DNA of 64,000 nt from Marinicella sp. (GTDB lineage: Bacteria > Pseudomonadota > Gammaproteobacteria > Xanthomonadales > Marinicellaceae), in NCBI GenBank assembly GCA_965230295.1, contig OZ246001.1, forward strand, positions 2,144,001 through 2,208,000. Reading direction: 5' to 3'. Every line of letters begins with the position of its first letter. The first letter of the stretch is position 1. Below are positions 54,066-63,309 of this stretch, one piece after another. The notes under the pieces were generated by a model, which worked only from the letters and a program-made list of their open reading frames with translations, ran no database searches and was not told the DNA's origin. Position numbers and translations under genes: made by a program.

Positions 54066-54557
54066 TTATTGGTTTTTCCTTTTGGTTTTGGCTGATATTC
54101 TCATGGTGATGTCAGCATGAAACACCTCTTCTCCTGCCTCATCAAATACCGAGACGGGCATGATGACATCTTGGTCATCTACCCATTGGTAGTCATCAAT
54201 TTTACACACAGCACGTAGGTCGGTTTTCGCCAGTTTTAGATATTGAACGGTCATTCCAACGGGAATCCAACGCATGTTGGCTGACAGGGAAACATCCAGG
54301 CAAACACCGCCAGCCAGTTCTGCTGCATTACACATGGCAATGGCATGAACTGTTTTGAGGTGGTTTTGTACCCGACGTCGCTTTTTGAATGACACCACCA
54401 CTTGACCGGCTTGTACTTGTTTGAAAATGGGTTTTATTGAATTGAAATAGGGGGCTTTGAGACAGATCATTTTTGTGACCAACCAACGGCCAAAAGCATT
54501 TTTACCGAACAGCTTCCACATTTTTAAAATGGGACTTTTAGATGCGACATAGGTCAT
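54066..54557 (-). CDS. hotdog-fold (DUF4442/PaaI-like) thioesterase
   Basis: APYF.SI.P, V.NH..TVHAIAMCN.AELA.G, RWIP.GMTV.YL..A.TDL. Confidence 0.88.
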   Translation of the reverse strand: MTYVASKSPILKMWKLFGKNAFGRWLVTKMICLKAPYFNSIKPIFKQVQAGQVVVSFKKRRRVQNHLKTVHAIAMCNAAELAGGVCLDVSLSANMRWIPVGMTVQYLKLAKTDLRAVCKIDDYQWVDDQDVIMPVSVFDEAGEEVFHADITMRISAKTKRKNQ

Positions 54558-54560
54558 GAT

Positions 54561-54992
54561 TTATTCCTCCTGGTTGAATTGGGTGGTGATGTGTTGTAGA
54601 AAACGAGACACGGTTTCAAGTTCGTCCTCGGAAAACCCTTGGTTGATGGAAGTGTTGACTGTTTTGAGTAAACCAAGACCTTGAAACAGTTTGGACCTGC
54701 CGAGCTCTGTAGAGAAAATGAGGTTGGAACGGGAGTCCGCTGCATTGGTTTTTTTAATGATGAGGTCATTGGCCAGCATCCTCTTGGTCAAGCCGGTAAC
54801 GGCAGATTTGTCAATCATCAATGCATGGGCCAATTGTTTCATTGGGCAACCATTGTTTTCATTCAAAACCATCAAGGCCGTCAGTTGTACCACTGAAATT
54901 CCGAGCTGTTCCTGACAGCCGGCTTCTAAAAACTTCATCATGGTGTGTCTGGCTGCATTGATTTGGTAGATCAAACGTCTTTTTTGTTTCAT
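54561..54992 (-). CDS. MarR-family transcriptional regulator
   Basis: GIS.VQ..L, LA..L.IDKSAVT...KRM, D.RS...T..GR. Start is ATG 54992. Confidence 0.9.
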   Translation of the reverse strand: MKQKRRLIYQINAARHTMMKFLEAGCQEQLGISVVQLTALMVLNENNGCPMKQLAHALMIDKSAVTGLTKRMLANDLIIKKTNAADSRSNLIFSTELGRSKLFQGLGLLKTVNTSINQGFSEDELETVSRFLQHITTQFNQEE

Positions 54993-55004
54993 ATGGGAAT
55001 GATA

Positions 55005-55038
55005 AAAATATATAGTTGACATGTCAACCATATATTTT
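55005..55038. promoter_or_regulatory. MarR operator candidate, 34-bp palindrome
   Basis: aaaatatata-GTTGACATGTCAAC-catatatttt with one mismatched pair, ending 13 bp upstream of the marR start. Confidence 0.75.
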
Positions 55039-55166
55039 GAATGAATGAGATCGATGGCTTTCCGATCTATAAATTGGTTTTTTCTTGATATTAAACATCA
55101 GATCAATAAAATTCGAATGATTGAAACAATAATCATTCTTTGTAAGCAAACAAACAAAAGACGCAT

Positions 55167-55613
55167 ATGGAAAAAAGCATGAAAATTAAAGTGATGGTGG
55201 CTTTGCTGATTTTTTTGACTGTAGAAGTCAACGGCAAGATGTATAAGTGGGTTGATGAAAATGGCGTCACTCGTTATTCTCAAACTAAACCGGAAGGGAT
55301 TGAAACTTCAGAAATCAAAGTCAAAGGAATGCCTGATAAAAGTGATCAAACACAATCGGCAAGCAGTGGCAGTTCTTCAGTGCTCAATTGTCAGCAAGTG
55401 GTGAAACATGGGATCAGTTTGATGAAAAAGAAATATGTTCAACAATCAGGTGGACAGACCAGTTCGGTGCTGGCTTTTCTGGATGATCCGGGTTTTGTTG
55501 CTGATGGTGTCAAAGAGTGTAACAAAGACAAAAAAGACCCGGTAAAAGCTGCCCAATGGTTGTGTCAACAAAATGCCAAAACTTTTGACGAGGTAGAGGC
55601 TTGTGAAAAGTAA
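55167..55613 (+). CDS. DUF4124-domain exported protein
   Basis: Signal peptide, then MYKWVDENGVTRYSQTKP. Cys-rich C-terminal domain. Start may be 55179. Confidence 0.82.
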   Translation: MEKSMKIKVMVALLIFLTVEVNGKMYKWVDENGVTRYSQTKPEGIETSEIKVKGMPDKSDQTQSASSGSSSVLNCQQVVKHGISLMKKKYVQQSGGQTSSVLAFLDDPGFVADGVKECNKDKKDPVKAAQWLCQQNAKTFDEVEACEK

Positions 55614-55626
55614 ATATTGAGTCTCG

Positions 55627-56118
55627 TCAGTATTCTGTTTTATCGGTTTTGGCTGCCCAGGCTTGAAACACCTCTAAGGCATCGGCTTGTGCCACTTGTT
55701 CAAAAGGTATTTGCCGGTGTTCAATGTGGGCATCAATTTCATCATAAATGAACTGGTCATCAAAAGCGATGTCAGCCGCATCATGCCGGTCACAACCATA
55801 ATACACCTTTTTGGGTCTGGCCCAATAAATGGCACCCAGGCACATGGGACAGGGTTCACAAGAGGTGTAAATCACACAATCGTCTAATTGGAAAGTTCCC
55901 AATTTTTCACAGGCGAGTCGGATGGCTGTGACTTCAGCATGTGCAGTGGGGTCATTGGTTGAAGTGACTCTGTTCCAGCCTTCGGCAATGATCTCATTGT
56001 CTTTGACTACCAAAGCACCAAAAGGCCCCCCGGCGCCACTGTCCATGCCAGTTCGAGCCAATTCAATGGCTCGCTGCATAAAAACTTGGTGTTGATCTTT
56101 TTTAATCTTTACATTCAT
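55627..56118 (-). CDS. nucleoside/guanine deaminase (cytidine-deaminase fold, Bacillus GuaD-like)
   Basis: GGPFGA, NDPTAHAEV.AIR, YTSCEPCPMCLGAIYWA, FDDQFIY, C-terminal EY. Confidence 0.9.
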   Translation of the reverse strand: MNVKIKKDQHQVFMQRAIELARTGMDSGAGGPFGALVVKDNEIIAEGWNRVTSTNDPTAHAEVTAIRLACEKLGTFQLDDCVIYTSCEPCPMCLGAIYWARPKKVYYGCDRHDAADIAFDDQFIYDEIDAHIEHRQIPFEQVAQADALEVFQAWAAKTDKTEY

Positions 56119-56169
56119 ACCGCTATCATAAATTGAAGCGGCATGAATTCAAGTCTTTATTCTTAACTA

Positions 56170-56384
56170 AGGAATGTTCTTGGGGCTTCATTCACTTTTG
56201 TTCCAGACAAAAGTGAAAACGACCACGGTTTACGGCATTCACCCGTTACTTCTTTGCCATTGGCAAAACCGTAACGAATTCATTGCCTAACCTGCGAACA
56301 TGACTTGCTACCTCGCGCTCTTCGCCTCTGATTCGCTATGCTCACCAACCGGCTCGGCGGGTCAAGCTGCTCAGCAGCTTTCCT
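56170..56384. repeat. composite modular repeat, copy C (scaffold plus one Y cassette)
   Basis: AGGAA...TTCCT ends. Single insert at about 56228-56293. Overlaps the stop codon of the upstream gene. Confidence 0.9.
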
Positions 56385-57084
56385 ATGGAGGAGGTGTGTC
56401 GTGGCCATCGGCAAAGATCAAATCAGGTTTATCGGCCACTGTAATGTCATCGATGCTCCAGAAATACTCAAAATTCCCCGTCCATGACCACCGCATGGTG
56501 ACATCGGACTGGCCAGCAGCCACAGCACTGATGTCGAATGAATGCTTGGTTGGGTTGAACGACCATCGTACTGTGGGTGGAGCTGGAGAACCCGTGACTA
56601 AATCGGGGTAGGGGTTGTAAGTGGTCCAGTTTTGGCCGCCATCATTACTGACTTCAAACACAGCATTGTTAAGGGGGGCTATGGTATATGCACCGATGAA
56701 CCCTTCAAATTCAACATTCACTGAAGTTGCTGCGGACAAGTCCAATGTATCGGCTGTTAATACGCTGACATGGGTTATGTTGCCATAGATGTCAGAATCT
56801 AAAGTAACGAATCCATTGTTGGCTGTGGTTGATGCAAAAGGTCCCTGATCATTCAATGCATCATCCCACAGGGGTGGGCAGCCTCCGGTTGAGCCACCGC
56901 CTTGCCCGGCTGCAGGATCATCGCACCAAGTCCACAAAGCATTGTTCGGTGATGTGTCTTCATTGGTCCAGCCTGCAGGTATGCCATTAGCAAAGTCTTC
57001 CTGGTAATAGATTTCTCGAGCTTGACTTGCTGATGTGACTGCCATAAGTAACATGGCTGCATGAAGTTTGTTGTGTTTGTACAT
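56383..57084 (-). CDS. secreted jelly-roll (cleaved-adhesin/MAM-like) protein with a C-terminal DLIFADGHD motif
   Basis: Signal peptide (SQA-R), YQEDF.NG.P.GW, EVSNDGG.NW, W.IDDITV. Tail DLIFADGHD. RBS GGAGG. Confidence 0.78.
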   Translation of the reverse strand: MYKHNKLHAAMLLMAVTSASQAREIYYQEDFANGIPAGWTNEDTSPNNALWTWCDDPAAGQGGGSTGGCPPLWDDALNDQGPFASTTANNGFVTLDSDIYGNITHVSVLTADTLDLSAATSVNVEFEGFIGAYTIAPLNNAVFEVSNDGGQNWTTYNPYPDLVTGSPAPPTVRWSFNPTKHSFDISAVAAGQSDVTMRWSWTGNFEYFWSIDDITVADKPDLIFADGHDTPPP

Positions 57085-57314
57085 TTAAAAAAGCCTCCTA
57101 ATAAATCATCCTGGTAAAGAATGAGGTGTTTGAATATCGGTATATAAAGCGTAATCGAAGGCCAAATCCGTCAAAATAATTTTAAGTCATCCACGATTCT
57201 CTGATTGACCAGTCTCTTAGATTCTATAGAACAGATTGTTATGGTCTGAAAATTGGAATAACAATTCATCATCAATTTGCTATACTGAGTTCGAATTTAA
57301 ACCAGTGGTAAGCT

Positions 57315-58451
57315 ATGACAATAACCGTAGGCTTTGTAAAAGAGCGTGAAGAGGATGAGGTTCGGGTGGCATTGGTGCCTGAAACTGCTGAAAAAATATT
57401 AAAACTGGGTTGGCAGGTGTTGTTTGAGCCTGATGCCGGAGAATCGGCAGGTTTCCCAAATGCGGCCTATCCTGATATGTGCCAAATGGCCAAAACCCGC
57501 AATGATGTTTTGAATGCAGCCGATGTGTTGGTGGGTGTGGATGCACTTACAGCCGCAGACATGGATGAGTTGAAAAATGAATCGGTGGTGATTGGTATGG
57601 TGTCACCCTATGCAGATCAAACTCGTTTCGATCAGGCAGCAGCCAAAGGCATCACGGTGTTTTCAATGGAACTCATTCCCAGGACTACCCGAGCACAAGC
57701 CATGGATGTGTTGTCATCGCAAGCTTCTGTGGCAGGATACAAAGCGGTGTTGTTGGCAGCCAGTGAAGCGCCACGATTTTTCCCCATGCTGACCACAGCG
57801 GCAGGTACCATCAGACCCGCATCGGTGTTGGTGATTGGTGCAGGTGTGGCGGGTTTACAGGCCATGGCCACAGCCCGGAGGTTAGGTGCCAATGTCACCG
57901 GTTATGATGTCAGACCTGAAACGGTTGAACAGGTTAAATCTTTGGGTGCCAAGTTCTTGGACCTTGGGGTAGAAGCGGTGGGTGAAGGCGGTTATGCCAG
58001 GGCCTTGACCGATGAAGAAAAGCTCACTCAACAACAGAATTTAGCCAAACATTTAACTGCTGTGGATGTGTTGATCACCACAGCAGCGGTGCCAGGCAGA
58101 CCAGCGCCACGCATCATCACTGCAGACATGGTCAACGACATGAAGGCCGGCAGTGTGATCGTCGATTTGGGTGCCGAAGGTGGTGGTAACTGTGAACCAA
58201 CAGAAGCTGGTGTCACCAAAGTGGTCAATAATGTCAAAGTCATTGGTCCGAAAAACCTGTCTGCCACGGTTCCATTACACGCCAGCGAAATGTATTCGCG
58301 AAATGTGTGGAATTTGTTGTCCTTGATGAATAACGAAGGTGAATTCACATTGAATTGGGAAGACGATATTTTAGCAGGTTCCGCTGTAACCCGAGATGGT
58401 GCGGTGGTTCATCCAGCTGTGGTTGGTGAAAAAGAAGGAGAGAAATCATGA
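57315..58451 (+). CDS. pntAA: NAD(P) transhydrogenase alpha subunit part 1 (domain I)
   Basis: RVAL.PE, RAQAMDVLSSQ, GAGVAGLQA, GEGGYA, GGNC. Confidence 0.95.
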   Translation: MTITVGFVKEREEDEVRVALVPETAEKILKLGWQVLFEPDAGESAGFPNAAYPDMCQMAKTRNDVLNAADVLVGVDALTAADMDELKNESVVIGMVSPYADQTRFDQAAAKGITVFSMELIPRTTRAQAMDVLSSQASVAGYKAVLLAASEAPRFFPMLTTAAGTIRPASVLVIGAGVAGLQAMATARRLGANVTGYDVRPETVEQVKSLGAKFLDLGVEAVGEGGYARALTDEEKLTQQQNLAKHLTAVDVLITTAAVPGRPAPRIITADMVNDMKAGSVIVDLGAEGGGNCEPTEAGVTKVVNNVKVIGPKNLSATVPLHASEMYSRNVWNLLSLMNNEGEFTLNWEDDILAGSAVTRDGAVVHPAVVGEKEGEKS

Positions 58452-58759
58452 TTGACGGTTTTATTGCACTGTATATTTTCGCGCTGGCCGCGATCTTGGG
58501 ATTTGAGATCATCCGTAAGGTGCCGGTGATCCTGCACACCCCTTTGATGTCAGGATCCAACTTCATTCACGGTATTGTGTTGGTTGGTGCGATGATTGCC
58601 CTGGGGCATGCCGATACCACATTGGAAAAAGTGTTTGGATTCATTGCAGTTTTCTTAGGCGCCGGCAACGCAGCAGGCGGTTATGTGGTGACTGAACGCA
58701 TGTTGGAAATGTTCAAACCGCGCAAGAAAAAAGAAGACAATGATGGAGAAGGCTCATGA
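58448..58759 (+). CDS. pntAB: NAD(P) transhydrogenase alpha subunit part 2
   Basis: VP.LHTPLMSGSN.I.GI, GG..VT.RML.MF. Confidence 0.95.
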   Translation: MIDGFIALYIFALAAILGFEIIRKVPVILHTPLMSGSNFIHGIVLVGAMIALGHADTTLEKVFGFIAVFLGAGNAAGGYVVTERMLEMFKPRKKKEDNDGEGS

Positions 58760-60189
58760 TGGATACCATTCAAGAATACTTGCCAACCTTGATCAAGGCT
58801 TCCTATTTTCTGGCAGCGATCTTGTTCATCACCGGCTTGCGTCGCATGAGTGCACCGGCCACGGCTCGCGGTGGCATTGTCTGGGCTGGCCTGGGCATGT
58901 TGATTGCTACTGTGGCGACCTTCCTGTTGCCTGATATGCACAACATGCTGTTGATCATTGCTGCTTTGGTTTCTTCGACCATTCTGGCTTGGGTCAGTGG
59001 TAAGAAAGTAGCGATGACTGACATGCCACAAATGGTGGCTCTTTATAATGGTATGGGTGGTGGTTCTGCTGCCTTTATTGGTGCCATGGCTTTGTTCAAT
59101 GCCGTGGATCACATGGGTGGTTGTGCTGCCGGAACCATTGTTGATACCGCCACTACGCACGATTGTTTGGGTGGTGTCAGCATGGTCTTCGCCATTGTGG
59201 GTGTTTACATTGGTGCCATCTCTCTGAGTGGCTCTTTGATTGCCTTTGGTAAATTACAAGGCTGGATCGATAAGCGCTATACCTTCCCGGGACAAAACTT
59301 TTTCAATGGAGTGGTGGGTGTAGCGACATTGGGACTGGGTTTGTATTTAACCCAGGACCTCAACCCTCAATACATCTGGATTTTCTTTGGTTTGTCACTG
59401 TTGTTAGGTGTCTTGATGACTTTGCCGATTGGTGGGGCCGATATGCCCGTGGTGATTTCTTTGTACAATGCCTTCACTGGTTTGGCCGTGTCGTTTGAAG
59501 GTTTTGTGTTGCAAAACGAAGCGATGATCATCGCCGGCATGCTGGTGGGTGCCGCTGGTACACTGCTGACCCAGGAAATGGCCAAAGCCATGAATCGCTC
59601 GCTCGCATCGGTGTTGTTTGGTTCAATGGGTGGATCGGGAGGATCGGCCATCGAAGGCGAGATGAAAGAAATCGAAGCCCAGGATGCCGGTATTCAAATG
59701 GCATTTGCTGACCGCGTGATCATCATTCCCGGTTACGGTATGGCCGTGGCTCAAGCCCAGCATAAGTTGTGGGAAATGACCCAAATCCTGTTAGACAAGG
59801 GCGTTGATGTCAAATTTGCCATCCATCCAGTGGCAGGGCGGATGCCGGGTCACATGAATGTGCTGTTGGCAGAAGCGGGAGTACCCTATGACCTGATTGA
59901 AGACATGGAAGACATCAACTCACAGTTCACACAAACCGATGTGGCTTTGGTGATTGGTGCCAACGATGTGGTTAACCCGGTGGCCAAAACCGACCCGGAA
60001 AGCCCCATATACGGCATGCCCATCTTGAATGTTGATGAAGCGAAAAACTCCATCGTCATCAAACGGGGCAAAGGTACCGGTTTTGCTGGCATCCAAAATG
60101 CCTTGTTCTTCGCCGATAACAACAAAATGTTGTATGGTGATGCGCAAGATGCCATTGCCAAGTTGATTCAGGGTTTGAAGGCATTGTAA
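58756..60189 (+). CDS. pntB: NAD(P) transhydrogenase beta subunit
   Basis: IGGADMPVVIS, AMNRS, PGYGMAVAQAQH, IHPVAGRMPGHMNVLLAEA, GANDVVNP. Confidence 0.97.
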   Translation: MMDTIQEYLPTLIKASYFLAAILFITGLRRMSAPATARGGIVWAGLGMLIATVATFLLPDMHNMLLIIAALVSSTILAWVSGKKVAMTDMPQMVALYNGMGGGSAAFIGAMALFNAVDHMGGCAAGTIVDTATTHDCLGGVSMVFAIVGVYIGAISLSGSLIAFGKLQGWIDKRYTFPGQNFFNGVVGVATLGLGLYLTQDLNPQYIWIFFGLSLLLGVLMTLPIGGADMPVVISLYNAFTGLAVSFEGFVLQNEAMIIAGMLVGAAGTLLTQEMAKAMNRSLASVLFGSMGGSGGSAIEGEMKEIEAQDAGIQMAFADRVIIIPGYGMAVAQAQHKLWEMTQILLDKGVDVKFAIHPVAGRMPGHMNVLLAEAGVPYDLIEDMEDINSQFTQTDVALVIGANDVVNPVAKTDPESPIYGMPILNVDEAKNSIVIKRGKGTGFAGIQNALFFADNNKMLYGDAQDAIAKLIQGLKAL

Positions 60190-60194
60190 TTTCT

Positions 60195-60233
60195 ACCGTC
60201 GCAGTGGCTAAAATTGCCACTGCGACGGTTTTT
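60195..60233. terminator. strong terminator between pntB and the convergent kinase gene
   Basis: accgtcgcagtggc-taaaatt-gccactgcgacggt followed by a T run. Confidence 0.85.
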
Positions 60234-60235
60234 AA

Positions 60236-61762
60236 TCACATCAAATTAAATTCAATGCGGAAAATGTGTTGGTTGTTGATGTGTAGGTATTCTAAGGTGG
60301 CGTGGTTGTCCTCGCACAATTGACGACAGATATGCAGCCCCAAACCCGTACCCCGGTTGTGGGTGGTAAAAAAAGGTTCAAACAGGTTTTTGCGTTTTTT
60401 CTCATCAAACGCTTGACCATTGTTCCTGAATTCCAGGGTTTCATCCCTCACGATCATTTTGACCTGATTGTCTTCGCCATGTTTGATGGCGTTAGAGGCC
60501 AGGTTCCAGACCACCTGTTTGAAATGGTCTGGATCGAATTCAACCGAAGCACCTCTGGAGGCAATGATTTGTACCTGGTTACTTTCAGCCAGCCCTTGGT
60601 CTATCAACTGTATCTTGACCATGTCGAGGAAATCGGCGATGAACAAAGTTTCCGGTTCTGCTGTTTTGCGTTTGGACATTTCCAGAATGTCTTCAATGAT
60701 CAGGTTGGCTCGGCGGATTTGGTTGACGATGATTTCACTGATTTGTTTGTCTTGATCGTGCAAGTCTGGTGATTCCACCAACAATTCGGCAGCGGTGTTG
60801 ATGGCCGCCAGCGGGTTGCGGATCTCATGAGCGATGGAGCTGGATAATTTACCCAGAGAAGCAAGATTTAATTGTTGGGCCGCTTTTTTCAAGTAACTGG
60901 AATCTTCAATGAACAACACCCCAAAACTTTTTTCCTCGGTGACAGAGGCTTTGCGCAAGTACAAATCACTGCCATGAGGTCCCTGGAAGACCGCCCCGTC
61001 CTTATTACTGGTGATGTACTCGGCGATTTCGTCAGGGAAAAAAATGATGTCATCCATGCCCAGCATTTTTTTGGCTGATTGGTTGGCATGTAAGATGACA
61101 TTGTCGTTTTGATAAATAATCACACCATTGGTTAATTTATCAATGATGATTTGGTTCATGTTTTCCAAACCGGAGATGGTTTGTCTTTGGCTTTTGTATA
61201 ACTGCAGTGTGCTGGTGTATGAAATGGTTTGTCTGATACCCAATAATGCAATCACAAAATAACCCAATGCATGCAGCAGTCGACTGGAATCGGTGACCAC
61301 TTCTTGTTGGCTGAAGTCCATCAAAACGGGTAACCACCACAACAGGATTGTGGCCGTGGTTGGAGCCAACAGGATGGTCCAAGACTGGCGGAATAAAATA
61401 GCTGCAGACCCAATGGCCAAAACTGGAATGATGGCCAAGCCTTGAGAGAACCCACTGGTGGCATATGCCAGATAGATCAGTACAAACAAATCCAAAAATA
61501 AGGTGAGTTTACTGATTTTAATGACTTGCTCTTGTTGGCTGACAAAGGTGATCAGCATCAAGGCAATGGACAGCACCAAATAAACATCTACAAAATACCT
61601 GACCAATTGGTGAAAGTTTGATATCGGGAAAAGGTTAGCCAGCCATTCATTGTTCAACAAAATGAAAAAAAACAGGCTGACAAACAGCCTGAATAAATTC
61701 AAGTACCTGAGATTTTTTTTCTCTAGCTGTAACAGCTTTTCTTGGTCGTCATTGCGTATCAT
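60236..61762 (-). CDS. PilS-like membrane sensor histidine kinase
   Basis: 6 TM segments starting L...NLFR, PAS, LASLG.L...IAHEIRNPL, QV.WNL..NA.KH, FEPFFTT..GTGLGL. Confidence 0.82.
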   Translation of the reverse strand: MIRNDDQEKLLQLEKKNLRYLNLFRLFVSLFFFILLNNEWLANLFPISNFHQLVRYFVDVYLVLSIALMLITFVSQQEQVIKISKLTLFLDLFVLIYLAYATSGFSQGLAIIPVLAIGSAAILFRQSWTILLAPTTATILLWWLPVLMDFSQQEVVTDSSRLLHALGYFVIALLGIRQTISYTSTLQLYKSQRQTISGLENMNQIIIDKLTNGVIIYQNDNVILHANQSAKKMLGMDDIIFFPDEIAEYITSNKDGAVFQGPHGSDLYLRKASVTEEKSFGVLFIEDSSYLKKAAQQLNLASLGKLSSSIAHEIRNPLAAINTAAELLVESPDLHDQDKQISEIIVNQIRRANLIIEDILEMSKRKTAEPETLFIADFLDMVKIQLIDQGLAESNQVQIIASRGASVEFDPDHFKQVVWNLASNAIKHGEDNQVKMIVRDETLEFRNNGQAFDEKKRKNLFEPFFTTHNRGTGLGLHICRQLCEDNHATLEYLHINNQHIFRIEFNLM

Positions 61763-61780
61763 TTGTATCAAAGGGTTTGA

Positions 61781-63127
61781 TCAGTCATTAACCTGTGAAT
61801 AACTCAAGACACTGCTCTTGATTTGTTTCTCCCACTTTTGCTTGCCTTCTCGGTTGATGACTTTGATGTTGAGGCTGCGATCTGTTCTGGGCCCGGAAAA
61901 TGAGAATTTGCAATAATTGTGTTCATTGACTAAAGAGCCAGGAATTAATCTTGGGTTGTCAAGATCCCCTCCTGATTTGGATGAGTGGGTGCCGGCAGTT
62001 AATGGTGAACAAGTCATTTCATAAAGTGGATAGGCACCGGGGCGGTCAGCTCGCAACATTTCAGTGTGGTGTTTGTCACCACTGAGGAACATGACGCCTG
62101 GAATTTTATTGTCATCAAGCCACTGGATAAATGGATCGCGTTCATGGCGGTACTTATCCCAGCCTTCATAAGCATGGTGATCGTTCAGCATTTGCCCGCC
62201 ACCAACAATGATTTTAAAAGGAGCAAATGATCCCAACAATCCATTCTTAAGCCATTCAAGTTGTGCTTTGCCATAAAAAATTTTACCCGGGCCATCAGGC
62301 GCATTCTCATGTGATTTGTTGTACCGGTTGTCCATTAAAAAGAAATCAATGTCGTTGTAACTGACTTTGGTGAAAACTCCGTCTTGTTCTGGCATGCCGT
62401 AGCTGGGATTGGCCCAATAGTTTTTGAAAATGTTCAGTGCTTGTTCTTTAAAAATAAAATCAGAGCCGGAGTTGTTGGGGCCAAAATCATGGTCATCCCA
62501 AGTGGCATAATTAGCAAATTTATGCAAGACCGGCTGAAAAAAGGTTTGGCTGCGATCTCGAGTGACACGATATATTAGGCTTTGTGCGGCATCATAATCG
62601 ACTTCTCTGTAGTACCAATTGTCTCCCAACCACAACATCATCTCGGCATCTTCCTGGGCGATTTGGCTGAACATGGCCTCATGGCCGCTGCCATAAGGGG
62701 TGCCTGGTCTGTCGTAGACCTTCTCATTGATGAATGTACAGGAGCCAGCAAGGACTGAAAAATCAGGTGGGTCGGTGCGCCATTGCCACAAAGTTTGGGT
62801 GGTGAATTGGTAAACCGGTTTGTTTTTTTGCTTTTTACCATTGATGGCGATGTGGTATTGGTAGGTGGTTCCGGGTTCTAAACGGATTAATTTGAACGTG
62901 TGGGTGTTGCCATAGTTCTGATTCACTTTGGCGCTGATTGTTTGTTTGTTCTTTTCTTCTCCTGTTGCCCAGTATGTGATGGAAACCTCACCAGCCGTCT
63001 CGGATTGGACCCAGATGTTGGCGGCCCTGAGTGCCACATGACCCAGCATGGGACCTGCCGAAAGTTGATTGGTATGAGCGGCTTGTACGAAACACAAGGT
63101 AAATAAGAGCAGAATTTTTTTCATCAT
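61781..63127 (-). CDS. PhoD-family alkaline phosphatase/phosphodiesterase
   Basis: GPMLG, GSC, LWLGDNWY, TWDDHDFG.N, D.R, FLSGD.H. Confidence 0.9.
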   Translation of the reverse strand: MMKKILLLFTLCFVQAAHTNQLSAGPMLGHVALRAANIWVQSETAGEVSITYWATGEEKNKQTISAKVNQNYGNTHTFKLIRLEPGTTYQYHIAINGKKQKNKPVYQFTTQTLWQWRTDPPDFSVLAGSCTFINEKVYDRPGTPYGSGHEAMFSQIAQEDAEMMLWLGDNWYYREVDYDAAQSLIYRVTRDRSQTFFQPVLHKFANYATWDDHDFGPNNSGSDFIFKEQALNIFKNYWANPSYGMPEQDGVFTKVSYNDIDFFLMDNRYNKSHENAPDGPGKIFYGKAQLEWLKNGLLGSFAPFKIIVGGGQMLNDHHAYEGWDKYRHERDPFIQWLDDNKIPGVMFLSGDKHHTEMLRADRPGAYPLYEMTCSPLTAGTHSSKSGGDLDNPRLIPGSLVNEHNYCKFSFSGPRTDRSLNIKVINREGKQKWEKQIKSSVLSYSQVND

Positions 63128-63309
63128 TTAAATGTTACACTTTTTAACGGAATCTTCACAAAACACTTTTACCATACGCCTTCATGTGAGAAAATACGAA
63201 GTGGATTTTTTCAGAGAGACTTAATATACGCGTCAATTACATCAAACGTTCGTTTAACTGGTGTGCTTGCGTCTTCAAGTCATTATGTTTATTTAAATAG
63301 GTTTTTGCA

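Noticed and set aside
56300-56611. 103-aa plus-strand ORF
   Set aside because: It starts inside repeat C and runs antisense to a convincing secreted-protein gene.
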